Part shown: in pieces, positions 1 through 9,639 of the stretch | How the letters are laid out: the number at the start of each line of letters is the position of its first letter | Numbering within the stretch: the first letter of the stretch is position 1 | Source: Patescibacteria group bacterium | GTDB taxonomy: Bacteria; Patescibacteriota; Minisyncoccia; Phycocordibacterales; Phycocordibacteraceae | DNA length: 64,000 nucleotides | Reading direction: 5' to 3' | NCBI GenBank assembly: GCA_038062175.1 | Contig: JBBTXR010000001.1 | Location: 9,420 to 73,419, forward strand | Position numbers and translations under genes: made by a program | Notes under the pieces: generated by a model | Told to the model about the DNA's origin: nothing | Databases searched by the model: none | What the model saw: the letters and a program-made list of their open reading frames with translations, nothing else

Positions 1-33
1 AGGCCATTTCAGGCATGCTTCATGCTCTGTGCA

Positions 34-816
34 TTAGTTCCGAAGTGTTTGCGCAAGCGAAAGCCAATCATGAAGAGAAAGATCCTCCGCACGCACCTTT
101 TCAGGAAGAGAAAGTGACTTCAAGACTGCCGCTACCTCCCCTCGCGGAACCAGTGCCTCAAGATTTTTGACCAACTGCTTTCGCTTATGTCCAAAGCCGG
201 TACGGAGCACGGCAAAGAACCAATCCTCCTCAGCCTGGGTCGGAAAGGCATCTTTTGAGATGTTCTGTATTGAAAGGACGGCCGAATCTACCTTTGGTGC
301 AGGCACAAAAGCACCACGGGGCACGGTGAACCTATATATAGGAGTGCCATATACCCGTACGGCAATGGAAAGCAGGCTTCCCTTGGGGTCCCGAACGATG
401 CGATCCGCTACCTCTTTTTGCACCAAAAGGGTCATAGACCGAGGTTTTTGGCTACGGGAGAGGAACATCCGAAGCAATTCCCCAGTAATGTAGTACGGAA
501 TATTGGCGACTAGATGATAGTCCTCGGGAAGAATGGAGAGATCGACACTTCGGACGTCTCCTTGTACGAGACGGAGCCTCCCTTCTGCAACCTCATTCGC
601 AAACCGCTCTTCAAGGGTGGGGATGAGGGTATGATCAGCCTCAACGGCAACCACCGACATTCCCGTCGTTAGAAGTGCGCTCGTGAGCATGCCGGTACCC
701 GGCCCTATCTCAAGCACTACTGCCCTTTCCGGAAGCTCTGCTGCCTCAACAATACGCTGCGCCGTTTGCGCATGCATGAGGAAATTCTGCCCGAGTGACT
801 TCTTAGCAAATGCCAT
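34..816 (-). CDS. rsmA: 16S rRNA (adenine1518/1519-N6)-dimethyltransferase RsmA/KsgA
   Basis: 260-aa ORF. N-terminus has the KsgA signature (LGQNFL) and a SAM-binding motif (VLEIGPGTG). Start codon overlaps the upstream helicase stop by 1 nt. Confidence 0.9.
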   Translation of the reverse strand: MAFAKKSLGQNFLMHAQTAQRIVEAAELPERAVVLEIGPGTGMLTSALLTTGMSVVAVEADHTLIPTLEERFANEVAEGRLRLVQGDVRSVDLSILPEDYHLVANIPYYITGELLRMFLSRSQKPRSMTLLVQKEVADRIVRDPKGSLLSIAVRVYGTPIYRFTVPRGAFVPAPKVDSAVLSIQNISKDAFPTQAEEDWFFAVLRTGFGHKRKQLVKNLEALVPRGEVAAVLKSLSLPEKVRAEDLSLHDWLSLAQTLRN

Positions 817-2729
817 TAGTCTATTATCACCTCTCCCGACCCATCTGGGGGCACGGAATACATAAGCCCCTCGTCGATGTCATAGAGGAAGTGCGAAGGC
901 TCGGCGAAGTAGTCAGTGCCATAAAGACGGCGAACGCGCGCAAGGGTGAGCGTGAGACGCTTCCTTGCGCGGGTGACGGCGACATAAAAAAGGCGGCGCT
1001 CTTCTTCCTCATCGCGCTCCCCCTCCCCCATTCCCTCATGTGGGAAGAGTCCCTGCTCCATGCCGGTCACAAACACGCTATCGAACTCAAGTCCCTTAGC
1101 TGCGTGTACGGTCATGAGGGTGACGCCGGTCTCTCCGGGCTTCCGGTCGAGCTCGTCTTGATCTCCTGCAAGCGCGGTATCTGCAAGAAATGCCGCGATT
1201 CCCTCTTCTCCCGGCGTGAGGTCATAGCGGCTGGCAAGCGTTGCAAGCTCGCGTGCGTTTTCAAGGCGATCCAGATCCTCCTCCCCTCCCTTTTGAAGAC
1301 TCGTTGCGAGTCCACTCTTCTCAATGACTGAACGAACAAACACTGAAGGAAGTGCGGTCTTCGCCTCTTCATGCAGTTCTTGTACGAGTCGCTCGAATGC
1401 TTCTACCTTCGTGCGCTCCCCCGCTTTCAGCTCATCGCGCTTCCCAGCGACAAGCTTGCCGAGGGTTACCTTTCCAATGCCACGAGGCGGCGACTGCACT
1501 GCGCGCATTCGATCCGCTTCACGCGTTGGTTCAAGCGAAAGCTTGATCCACGCAAGAACATCTTTAATCTCCTTACGATCGAGAAACCGCGTACCTAGGA
1601 GTTTATACGGTACTCCTGCATGCAGAAATGCTTCCTCGATCGCTCTCGATTGAAAGTTAGTTCGATACAGCACAGCAATCTCGGACGCAGGGGTGCCGCG
1701 CGCGATCTCAGAACGTGCCTGTCGCGCAACATAGCGAGCCTCTTCTTCTGCAGTGTCTGCCACGTACATGCGGATTGGGTCACCATCCGGGTTGTCCGTT
1801 ACTGAAATCTTTTCTTTACGGTTGTGGTTCTTCTCGATGATCTGGTTAGCGGCCTCAACGATCGTTCTTGTAGACCGGTAGTTATGTGCAAGCACGATCG
1901 TGCGTGCTGATGGGTAGGTCTGTTCAAAAGAAAGAAGGTTTTCGATCGTTGCACCACGCCAGGTGTAGATCGTCTGATCGATGTCACCGACGACGAAGAT
2001 GTTTCCGTGATTTGCAGCTAGATATCCCGCGAGCTCCCCCTGGAGTGCGTTAGTGTCCTGGTACTCATCAACATGTACGTATGAGAACAGATCTGCTGCC
2101 TGTGCACGCACGTCGTCATGTGCTTTCAAAAGCTGCACCGGAAGACAGATGAGGTCATCGAAATCGAGTGACTTCTCCTTCTTGAGAGTATTGTCGTATT
2201 TCTCCCACACTTCAGAAGTAACACGATTCCGGAAACTATCGCGGCCATGCTTTTCCTTAAACGCCTGCGCAGTCATTCCCTCCCCCTTCGCCTTGCTGAT
2301 GCGCGACAGAATTGTCCGAGGAGGCACTTCCTTTGGATCCACATCAAGCGCTTTAAGCGCTTCTTTGATTGCGCGCTCCGAATCATCTCGATCGAAGATG
2401 CTGAAGTAGCGGGGTACGCCAATCCGAGAACCAAATCGCTCAAGGAGTACTCTGCCGAGTCCGTGGAACGTGACTACGAGCGGAAGCGGTGAGTCACCGA
2501 GCCTCTGTGCAAGACGCTCCCGCATCTCTCTCGCTGCCTTATTGGTAAAGGTCACCGCAAGTATCTTCTCCGAGGGCACACCCTGCTTAATAAGGTGGTA
2601 GATACGGGTGGTCAGCACACGTGTTTTCCCTGATCCGGCCCCAGCCAAGACCGAGATCGCTCCCTCGGTTGCGAGCACTGCGTCTCGCTGTGCGTCATTC
2701 AAGCCTTCAAGGTGCTGCATGTCGCTCAA
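816..2729 (-). CDS. uvrD: ATP-dependent DNA helicase, UvrD/PcrA family
   Basis: 637-aa ORF with Walker A (GAGSGKT) and UvrD motifs (VTFTNKAAREMRERL, VDEYQDTN). Confidence 0.9.
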   Translation of the reverse strand: MSDMQHLEGLNDAQRDAVLATEGAISVLAGAGSGKTRVLTTRIYHLIKQGVPSEKILAVTFTNKAAREMRERLAQRLGDSPLPLVVTFHGLGRVLLERFGSRIGVPRYFSIFDRDDSERAIKEALKALDVDPKEVPPRTILSRISKAKGEGMTAQAFKEKHGRDSFRNRVTSEVWEKYDNTLKKEKSLDFDDLICLPVQLLKAHDDVRAQAADLFSYVHVDEYQDTNALQGELAGYLAANHGNIFVVGDIDQTIYTWRGATIENLLSFEQTYPSARTIVLAHNYRSTRTIVEAANQIIEKNHNRKEKISVTDNPDGDPIRMYVADTAEEEARYVARQARSEIARGTPASEIAVLYRTNFQSRAIEEAFLHAGVPYKLLGTRFLDRKEIKDVLAWIKLSLEPTREADRMRAVQSPPRGIGKVTLGKLVAGKRDELKAGERTKVEAFERLVQELHEEAKTALPSVFVRSVIEKSGLATSLQKGGEEDLDRLENARELATLASRYDLTPGEEGIAAFLADTALAGDQDELDRKPGETGVTLMTVHAAKGLEFDSVFVTGMEQGLFPHEGMGEGERDEEEERRLFYVAVTRARKRLTLTLARVRRLYGTDYFAEPSHFLYDIDEGLMYSVPPDGSGEVIID

Positions 2730-2892
2730 ATATACCTTGAGCAGACACTATCCACGGCATTTCTTGACCTTTTTACCAAAAATTGGCTCTCAACAGTCTG
2801 TGTATTGTCGAGGTTGACCTCAGTTCCCTACCCTTTATACTGGCTTCATCGAGTGAGATGCTGATACGCAAGGATGGCTTATATAAGCCATT

Positions 2893-4035
2893 TTGTATTC
2901 TGAAGAAACGCTGAATCAACCCCCTGGTTTCCTTATTTCAAATCCTCAACAGCCTTCCCGTTCAACCGCGAATGTCGCAAACGGAAATGCATATCGTGCG
3001 ATCGCCGTATTAATTGCGGCAGGCCTTACTCTTAGCCTCATCGCGCTTCTTATCCCACGTGCCGCGGGCGCCTTTTGGCCATTTAGGGGTGCTCAGGCCC
3101 AGGTTTCAGACACCCTTACGCATGACGCAAGCATGGAATTGCTTGCTGCGGCGGTGAACTCAGACCCCAATCCTAATAAAGGAGGGGGTGACCTCGCCCT
3201 TTCTGGTGACTCTGCCCTTCTCGCGAAGATGGGTCCCGAAGGCGCCATCTCACCAAAGCAGGCTGCAAAGACTGCCGCAAATGGTGGTGGCCAGATTTCT
3301 AGCTATACCGTTAAGGAGGGCGACAGTCTTTCTGAGATCGCCGAGCGCTTTGGTGTCACCGTAAATACCATCCTCTGGGCTAACGACATTAAGAGCGCAA
3401 ACCTCGTAAAGCCAGGTGACGATCTCCTCATCCTCCCTGTTTCAGGCCTTCAGTACACGGTGCGCGCAGGCGACACAATTTCCGGTATCGCAAAGAAATA
3501 CGGTGCAGATCCTGAAGAAGTCGCACTTTTCAATGGTCTTGAGTCTTCTGCCGACCTTAAGGCGGGTTCTGACATCATTGTCCCTGGTGGCGCCCTTCCA
3601 ACCACCAAGGCAAAGGTAGCTACCAAGTCTTCTACTGCTGCAAAGAGCTCAGGCGCAGCTGCTTCCCGTTCCCTCCCTGCTATCTCTGGTTACTTTGGTA
3701 ACCCCGTCCCAGGCGGCAAGATCAGTCAGGGCGTTCATGGTTATAACGGTATCGACGTTGCAGCGCCATCCGGCACCCCAATCTATGCAGCAGCCGCAGG
3801 TACGATTGTGGTCGCAAAGAATAACGATGGATACAACGGTGGCTACGGTAACTACATCGTAATCAGTCATGACAACGGTACCCAGACCCTGTACGCACAC
3901 ATGACGAGGACGGCAGTCTCAGGTGGCTCAGTCGGCAAGGGAGAACTCATCGGCTACGTAGGTAACACCGGACGCTCCACTGGTAACCATCTCCACTTTG
4001 AAGTACGCGGTGCGAAGAACCCGCTCGCAAACTAA
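2893..4035 (+). CDS. Secreted/membrane-anchored peptidase M23 with two LysM domains
   Basis: N-terminal TM segment, two LysM repeats (YTVKEGDSLSEIA..., YTVRAGDTISGIA...), C-terminal M23 motifs (HxxxD ... GNTGRSTGNHLHFE). Confidence 0.9.
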   Translation: MYSEETLNQPPGFLISNPQQPSRSTANVANGNAYRAIAVLIAAGLTLSLIALLIPRAAGAFWPFRGAQAQVSDTLTHDASMELLAAAVNSDPNPNKGGGDLALSGDSALLAKMGPEGAISPKQAAKTAANGGGQISSYTVKEGDSLSEIAERFGVTVNTILWANDIKSANLVKPGDDLLILPVSGLQYTVRAGDTISGIAKKYGADPEEVALFNGLESSADLKAGSDIIVPGGALPTTKAKVATKSSTAAKSSGAAASRSLPAISGYFGNPVPGGKISQGVHGYNGIDVAAPSGTPIYAAAAGTIVVAKNNDGYNGGYGNYIVISHDNGTQTLYAHMTRTAVSGGSVGKGELIGYVGNTGRSTGNHLHFEVRGAKNPLAN

Positions 4036-4036
4036 G

Positions 4037-4066
4037 AAAACCCGCAAAAGCGGGTTTTCTCTTTGT
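4037..4066 (+). terminator. Rho-independent terminator after the M23 peptidase gene
   Basis: aaaacccgc-aaaa-gcgggtttt hairpin followed by a T-rich tract, right after the stop codon. Confidence 0.7.
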
Positions 4067-4082
4067 GGGTGATGACAGTTCG

Positions 4083-4595
4083 CTATCCAATTAGTCCTCT
4101 TACTTGTTTATAGACCTCCTCGGGACTTAGGATACTTGCATCGATAAAGACTGCGTTAGGCCTGGTCTCCTTTAAGGCCTGCGATAGATTCCATAAGTGC
4201 TCGACTCCTTCAAGAGTAAGCAAACCATTAGGATTGAATCCCCTCTTTTGCGCTCTATCCATTACGATCTCCTTCTCTGCGGTAATTACGATTTCGTATA
4301 TATCAGCGCTATGTTTTTCTCCAACACTAACCAGTGCGTCGAGAGTTTGGTCATCGTTAAGTATTGCCTTATCAATGATGACGTCATGACCCTCTAAAAG
4401 GTATGTATCGACTGCTGCCAACGTCATCTTATAGGCCAAAACCTGACTTTCTCTCCTGTGTTCTCTCCATTCACTAATCTGTTTACGCCACGTGTCCACA
4501 ACGATCAGTAGAGACAATGGCATGTCTGCATGGAGTTTCTCGGCAACGGTAGATTTTCCGACACCGGGAGGTCCATTGAGGATTATCAATTTCAT
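4083..4595 (-). CDS. P-loop NTPase, AAA_33/kinase-like, function unknown
   Basis: Walker A at the N-terminus (ILNGPPGVGKST). About 170 aa, the size of small nucleotide/nucleoside kinases. Confidence 0.65.
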   Translation of the reverse strand: MKLIILNGPPGVGKSTVAEKLHADMPLSLLIVVDTWRKQISEWREHRRESQVLAYKMTLAAVDTYLLEGHDVIIDKAILNDDQTLDALVSVGEKHSADIYEIVITAEKEIVMDRAQKRGFNPNGLLTLEGVEHLWNLSQALKETRPNAVFIDASILSPEEVYKQVRGLIG

Positions 4596-4664
4596 AGGTG
4601 AATCTTAGCAAAGTCGCCGCTAGAGCAGATTTCGAAAACAGGACCGGTTTCCCGGTCCTGTTCG

Positions 4665-5342
4665 TTACACTACTGCTTCTTCAGTCGGTACTAACGAGAG
4701 TGTCTCCGACAGCGTTCGATACGCGTGCACCATCGCAAGTACAGTGGTTGGAATCGTCACCAGGAGTCCAATCACGAGTGCGAGGAGGCCCAGAAGGTTG
4801 ATACCGATAACCGCGAGAAGGAGGAAGAAGATCTGGAGGCGATGTCCCTTGGTTATGCGAGCGCTTTCTTTAAGTGCATCGATTGGTCCCAGGTCCTTAT
4901 CAACTACGAGATAGAGTGCAAACCCGAACACGAGTGACACGACGAGTGCAGGAATTATGAGGATGGCGAGCACCACGTCCGGTAGCTTCAGAAGAACAAG
5001 GGCGAGATATGGAAGGCCAATGAAGAGCCATAGGAGGACCGAGGTGCAGAGGAATCTCCAGTAGGCCTTCGGGTACCAAAGATCCTTAACACGTGCGGCT
5101 GCAGGAGCGTCATGTGCCTTTAGGAATAGGTGCGTGTGCCCCACTGCATACACCATAGAAATAAGGAGGGCGACCAAAATGCCGAGCGTTGCTGCAACAA
5201 CGTCTCCCGCAGTTGCCTCCTCAATCATTGTTGTGACGCCTTCAATGACGACACCGATGGCGAGCGCAAGGATAAGGAGCCAGGGACGCTTTTTAAAGGT
5301 CTCCCATCCAAACCGAAGGCAGTCTTTAATGGAAAGCGTCAT
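4665..5342 (-). CDS. Integral membrane protein (multi-TM), hypothetical
   Basis: 225-aa ORF with at least five hydrophobic helices. Tightly packed next to neighbouring genes. Confidence 0.6.
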   Translation of the reverse strand: MTLSIKDCLRFGWETFKKRPWLLILALAIGVVIEGVTTMIEEATAGDVVAATLGILVALLISMVYAVGHTHLFLKAHDAPAAARVKDLWYPKAYWRFLCTSVLLWLFIGLPYLALVLLKLPDVVLAILIIPALVVSLVFGFALYLVVDKDLGPIDALKESARITKGHRLQIFFLLLAVIGINLLGLLALVIGLLVTIPTTVLAMVHAYRTLSETLSLVPTEEAVV

Positions 5343-5344
5343 AT

Positions 5345-5698
5345 CTATGCATTTAGGTGTGCCTTGCAGGTCTTTGCTGCAGGCTCCGCTTCAAGACGAT
5401 CCTCTTCAATGAGCTCCCCTCCTTCCGTGCAGGTGCCGTAGGTTCCGTTCTCTACGCGTGCAAGCGCAGCAACGACGTCGTTGTATCGATTCTCAAGATC
5501 AGTAAGGATGGCGCTGTTATCACCATACCCTTCCATAAGGTCAGCCTGATCGTTCGGGTCTGCCTCCTGCCCCACCTCGGGCGGTACTGCCTCCCAGTCT
5601 GCAGGGTTTGAAGGGTTGCGGCGACCAACGGTTGCAAGCTCTGCCTCAAGTGTTGCCTTCTCGCTCTGAAGTCGCTCTTTGAAGTGTTCGATGTTCAT
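5345..5698 (-). CDS. DksA/TraR-family protein with a degenerate (2-Cys) zinc finger
   Basis: C-terminus YGTCTEGGELIEEDRLEAEPAAKTCKAH aligns to the DksA zinc finger ([28 protein letters not shown]), but only 2 of the 4 Cys are retained. N-terminal coiled-coil. Confidence 0.55.
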   Translation of the reverse strand: MNIEHFKERLQSEKATLEAELATVGRRNPSNPADWEAVPPEVGQEADPNDQADLMEGYGDNSAILTDLENRYNDVVAALARVENGTYGTCTEGGELIEEDRLEAEPAAKTCKAHLNA

Positions 5699-5719
5699 GA
5701 AGCGTACTTTATCACACTC

Positions 5720-6961
5720 CTACTTCCCTGCGGAAAGACGGGAGACGAGGTTTTCATACGCTGCCTCATCCCGAGCGAGGATAAGGAGATCCTTGGTGAC
5801 GTAGCCGTAGAGCATGAGTGTCTGCCCTGCTGTATCTTTAAGCACTCGTACATCGTGGTTGGCGACGATTGCGTCTGCAAAGGTTGGGAGTGGACGAACA
5901 GGTTCTGCAAACGTTGGTGTTGAAGTGGCGATAGGTTCGCTTGTCCCTGTAGGCGCAAGACTACCTGCGTTCTTTGCGGGGTACAGAGTCATCAGATCCT
6001 GCGCCATGCTGACCTCCCAGGCGAGCATGCCTGCGAATGTTCGCTCGTAGGAGGAGACCTTGAACACAAAGAAGGGTCTCGTTTCACTACCGGCATGGAT
6101 GATACCCACCGTGCTCTCACTGGTGACATTTCTAAGCAGAATCTCAGGAGCAGGAAGCTGCATGGCGCTTACAAGTGCGCCACCGGAGAGTGGTGTCTCG
6201 ATCACCTTCCCTTTCGGTGTGGTGGTTGATTCAGAGAGGTAGAGCACCAGTACGTGACCATCGGGCACTGGTTCGTTAGCAAGTGCGGCTATCTCACTCA
6301 TGAGGTCAGGTCCAGCACTCGTAAGACGCACCTGTTCATCAGCGAACACGAGTGAGGGTGCGGAAAGTACTCCGCCCGGTAACGTATTTGAGCGAATGAC
6401 ATACCAGGCAGCTGTACCAAGACCTGCACCGCCGAGCACGATCATTGCAACCGCTGCGGTGACCATAAGCATGTTCTTCTTTTTTGCAGGCGCTATAGAA
6501 GCAACGGGCTTTGCATCCTGTTGCGCTGCAAGTACGGAGAACGTAGACGCACCCTTTTGGTCGATGTGATCAGCAAAGTCGCTCTTATACGTGTGGATTG
6601 GAGAGGCGGTCGTAGATTCTCTCGTAACAGGCGGCACGGGAGGAGGTGGAGGGGCGGGCGGCTCAAATACTGACTTAGGAGGTGGAGGTGGCGCCTCAGC
6701 ACGCATTTTCCGATCCTCCTCTACCTTTTGTCGCAAGCGCGCAAGTGTCGCTTCACGCTCTGGGTCGACCGCAGGCGTTGGCGGTACGTACGCAGATACT
6801 TCCCTCCTAGGTTGTGGAGATGGAAGAGGTTGAACTGTTGATGGCGAGACACGCTGTGGTTCTGGTGCGTTGTTCTGTGACCCGGTAAGTGCAGCAACAT
6901 CCTTCGCATAGGTGCGAATGAACTTCGACTTATCATTTCGTGGCTGCTGCGTATCACTCAT
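5720..6961 (-). CDS. Hypothetical membrane-anchored protein with a proline-rich N-terminal region
   Basis: 413-aa ORF with poly-Pro stretches (PPPPPK..PPAPPPPPVPP), a single TM segment (LMVTAAVAMIVLGGAGLG) and a large C-terminal domain. Confidence 0.55.
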   Translation of the reverse strand: MSDTQQPRNDKSKFIRTYAKDVAALTGSQNNAPEPQRVSPSTVQPLPSPQPRREVSAYVPPTPAVDPEREATLARLRQKVEEDRKMRAEAPPPPPKSVFEPPAPPPPPVPPVTRESTTASPIHTYKSDFADHIDQKGASTFSVLAAQQDAKPVASIAPAKKKNMLMVTAAVAMIVLGGAGLGTAAWYVIRSNTLPGGVLSAPSLVFADEQVRLTSAGPDLMSEIAALANEPVPDGHVLVLYLSESTTTPKGKVIETPLSGGALVSAMQLPAPEILLRNVTSESTVGIIHAGSETRPFFVFKVSSYERTFAGMLAWEVSMAQDLMTLYPAKNAGSLAPTGTSEPIATSTPTFAEPVRPLPTFADAIVANHDVRVLKDTAGQTLMLYGYVTKDLLILARDEAAYENLVSRLSAGK

Positions 6962-7024
6962 GCGCTATATCAAAGTATAACCGGAACAGCCCCCGCACGT
7001 TTGTGCGGGGGCTGTTCTTCTTTC

Positions 7025-7546
7025 TTATATTGCTCCTCGATGTCCGATGATGAACTTCTTTGGGTTCTCGCACATGTCAGTGAATGCGTGTGCGGCCTCT
7101 TTGAGTTTCTGTGAGGAAGACTTCCCGAAGGAGATCACTTCCACCTGACAACCCTCGTTCATATCGAGGTATTCAATGAGCGGAACGAAGTCACCGTCGC
7201 CTGATGCGATGATGACGGTATCGAGCTTGGGTGCGAGCTTTACGGCGTCGATAGCAAGTCCGACGTCCCAGTCAGCCTTCTTGGCACCATCGGAGAAGAC
7301 CTGAAGGCCTTTCACCTTGGTTTCGATACCAATTTTAGTGAGTGCCTCAAAGAAGTTCTTCTCGTCACCTGCCTCTGTCGAGATGACGTAGGCGATGGCT
7401 CGCACGAGGACGCGGTTGCCGACTGCCTCTTCGAGGACGTTGGCGAAGTTTACGCGAGATTTATAAAGGTGCTTGGCGCTGTGGTAGAGGTTCTGAGTGT
7501 CTATGAAAACCCCGACACGCTGCGCCGGATGTTTGATCACGGGCAT
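7025..7546 (-). CDS. NYN/LabA-like domain protein (predicted RNase/PIN-like)
   Basis: 173-aa ORF with conserved acidic motifs (VFIDTQN ... IIASGDGDF) typical of the NYN/LabA family. Confidence 0.75.
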   Translation of the reverse strand: MPVIKHPAQRVGVFIDTQNLYHSAKHLYKSRVNFANVLEEAVGNRVLVRAIAYVISTEAGDEKNFFEALTKIGIETKVKGLQVFSDGAKKADWDVGLAIDAVKLAPKLDTVIIASGDGDFVPLIEYLDMNEGCQVEVISFGKSSSQKLKEAAHAFTDMCENPKKFIIGHRGAI

Positions 7547-7589
7547 AGCGGTAACGTATTAAAAATAAGTAACAAAGTAATGATAGCAC

Positions 7590-7626
7590 CTGCTTAGAAA
7601 CGAAAATCGCGGGTGGCCCCGCGATT
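7590..7626 (-). terminator. Rho-independent terminator downstream of rpsO
   Basis: aatcgcggg-tggc-cccgcgatt hairpin (9-bp stem). On the minus strand it is followed by a U-rich tract. Confidence 0.65.
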
Positions 7627-7628
7627 CC

Positions 7629-7904
7629 CTACTTCTTCAAACCGAGCTTCTTGATGAGGGCGTTGTATCCCCTCTTGTTGCTCTTCTCAAGGTAGCGAAG
7701 ATGGCTCCTTCGGTCAGCAACCATCTGAAGTAGGCCGCGACGTGAATGGAAATCCTTCTTATTCTTCTTAAGGTGAGCAGTTAGCTCTTCGATTTTACGG
7801 GAGAGGACAGCGATCTGGACCGAGGCAGAGCCGGTATCGGTCGCATGAGCCGCTACATCCTTGATGACGCCCGTCTTTACGCGTTTCGTAAGCATTGGCA
7901 CCAC
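7629..7904 (-). CDS. rpsO: 30S ribosomal protein S15
   Basis: 91-aa ORF with S15 signature (LTKRVKTGVIKD...HLKKNKKDFHSRRGLL...RR..LRYL). True start may be the second Met. Confidence 0.9.
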   Translation of the reverse strand: MVPMLTKRVKTGVIKDVAAHATDTGSASVQIAVLSRKIEELTAHLKKNKKDFHSRRGLLQMVADRRSHLRYLEKSNKRGYNALIKKLGLKK

Positions 7905-7999
7905 CTTACCACATCTTGATTAAAAGCGCAAGTGTTGTGGGGTGTTGTTGAGCTTTCCCGAGGAATATTGTGCGAAGTTCTGAATGGTAGAATCTCGCT

Positions 8000-8905
8000 A
8001 TGGATACTCGCTCAATGCTTCGCCAATTCCTCGAATATACCGAGATCGAGCGCGGCCGAGCGGTGAAAACCGTCGAAAACTACGAGCATTACCTCACTCG
8101 TTTCTTTGATCAGATGGAAATTAAGGAGATTTCCGACATTACCGAGGAGAAAATACGCGAATTCAGGCTCTGGCTGAATCGTCAGCCGGGCACGTCAGGT
8201 ACGATGAAGCGACGAACGCAGAACTATTACCTCATTGCGCTTCGTGCCTTTCTCAAATTCCTTCGGAAGCGCGGCATAGAAGGTCTAAATCCTGAGCGAA
8301 TCGAGCTTGCCAAGCTTCCTGAGCGTCAGATCGATCTTATTTCAAGCACTGAGCTTGAGCGATTGATTACTGCGACTGATGGTGTGGGAGAAAAAGCGTT
8401 ACGCGATAAGGCTATTCTTGAACTTCTCTTCTCTACCGGACTTCGTGTGTCTGAGCTTTGCGCCCTTAATTCAGATATCGATCTCTCGAGGGATGATCTG
8501 TCAGTGCGCGGTAAGGGAGAGAAGGTGCGGGTGGTATTTCTCTCAGAAGCAAGCAAACAGGCCGTGCGAGAGTACTTGAAGGTCAGGAAAGATATGGAGG
8601 AGGCGCTTTTTGTGAATATTCCCCGTGTCGGTACTGACTCCAAGAAGACCCCTACCCGCCTCACTCCTCGCGGTGTTCAGCTCACCATCAAGTACTACGC
8701 GACTAAGGCCGGCATTACTAAGAAGGTCACTCCGCACGTGCTCAGACACTCTTTTGCCACTGACCTCCTTTCAAACGGAGCTGATCTACGTTCGGTACAG
8801 GCGCTGCTTGGGCATGCGTCTATCAATACGACCCAGATCTATACGCATGTCACCGATGCCCATCTTCGGGAGGTACATAAGCGGTTTCATTCGAGACAGA
8901 AATAA
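8000..8905 (+). CDS. xerC: Tyrosine site-specific recombinase XerC/XerD
   Basis: 301-aa ORF with the C-terminal catalytic box (HVLRHSFATDLLSNGADLRSVQALLGHASINTTQIYTHV) and an N-terminal SAM-like domain. Confidence 0.85.
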   Translation: MDTRSMLRQFLEYTEIERGRAVKTVENYEHYLTRFFDQMEIKEISDITEEKIREFRLWLNRQPGTSGTMKRRTQNYYLIALRAFLKFLRKRGIEGLNPERIELAKLPERQIDLISSTELERLITATDGVGEKALRDKAILELLFSTGLRVSELCALNSDIDLSRDDLSVRGKGEKVRVVFLSEASKQAVREYLKVRKDMEEALFVNIPRVGTDSKKTPTRLTPRGVQLTIKYYATKAGITKKVTPHVLRHSFATDLLSNGADLRSVQALLGHASINTTQIYTHVTDAHLREVHKRFHSRQK

Positions 8906-8946
8906 ATGCGGCCGCCTTCCGGCAGCCGCACCGATGCTGACTTACG

Positions 8947-9639
8947 TTATGTAATTAGCGCCTCTCTCCGCTGTACTTCTGCGAACCACGATGTTGGGTA
9001 CTCGAGGATCTCAACGCCGAGCTTCTTGAGCAGTTCCCTTTCCCAAGACGCTCCGTGGGAACTTTCCCAATCAGGAAGAAAGATCGCTGTAGTAATTAGG
9101 CCGGAATGAAAGACGGGTCCATAGAAGCCTTCGAGGATCTGAACGTTGTACTCTTCGACCGGCATGCCAGGCCTAAAACCCGTTATGCGGATCATCATGT
9201 CCTGGAACACCATCTGGTTGAATACTTGTACTCCGTGCTCATGCATCACCTCCATGGCAATACGAAAGCGTGCCATATTCAGGTCGATGTGCCCGCGCCC
9301 TCCTGTCGACATGGGTCCGCAAAGCTGGACGACGTTTCCTCCGAGCTCGTAGAGGCGGCCTATGCAGGTGACCGCTATTGCTGCAGCCTTTTCTAAGTCC
9401 ATGAGTTCGGAAAGAGAAGCGAGCTCCTCCTCCGTCAGTTGGTCATGCATTGGAATCCCCTTTTGGTCTGCCAAGAGGATATATGTTTGTGTACCATCAA
9501 ACAAGTTGCTGTCAGCATTTGGTACTATGCGCGTATGCGCATCATGTCCTGGAACGTAAACGGGATTCGAGCCGTCCATAGGAAGGACGAGTTCATGCCG
9601 TTCATTAAGAAATACAAACCAGACATCCTCTGTCTCCAA
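8947..9639 (-). CDS. Hypothetical protein, weakly nucleoside 2-deoxyribosyltransferase-like
   Basis: 230-aa ORF. C-terminal S-x-G...E...LG pattern is reminiscent of NDT/DUF4406 Rossmann folds. Start uncertain because the 5' end overlaps the divergent xth start. Confidence 0.4.
   Translation of the reverse strand: METEDVWFVFLNERHELVLPMDGSNPVYVPGHDAHTRIVPNADSNLFDGTQTYILLADQKGIPMHDQLTEEELASLSELMDLEKAAAIAVTCIGRLYELGGNVVQLCGPMSTGGRGHIDLNMARFRIAMEVMHEHGVQVFNQMVFQDMMIRITGFRPGMPVEEYNVQILEGFYGPVFHSGLITTAIFLPDWESSHGASWERELLKKLGVEILEYPTSWFAEVQRREALIT

Noticed and set aside
34-2729. Multiple 60-170-aa ORFs antisense to or overlapping rsmA and uvrD (e.g. 167-493, 810-1331, 2053-2409)
   Set aside because: They lie entirely within well-supported genes on the other strand, and lack SD sequences and motifs.
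5130-5441. Plus-strand ORFs (103 and 92 aa) inside the minus-strand membrane-protein gene 4665-5342
   Set aside because: Antisense to a hydrophobic multi-TM ORF with tight gene packing. No SD or motifs.
9439-9534. N-terminal extension of xth (ORF-track start at 9439)
   Set aside because: The conserved Xth N-terminus (MRIMSWNVNG) starts at 9535. The extension adds 32 residues with no family counterpart and would deepen the overlap with the divergent upstream gene.
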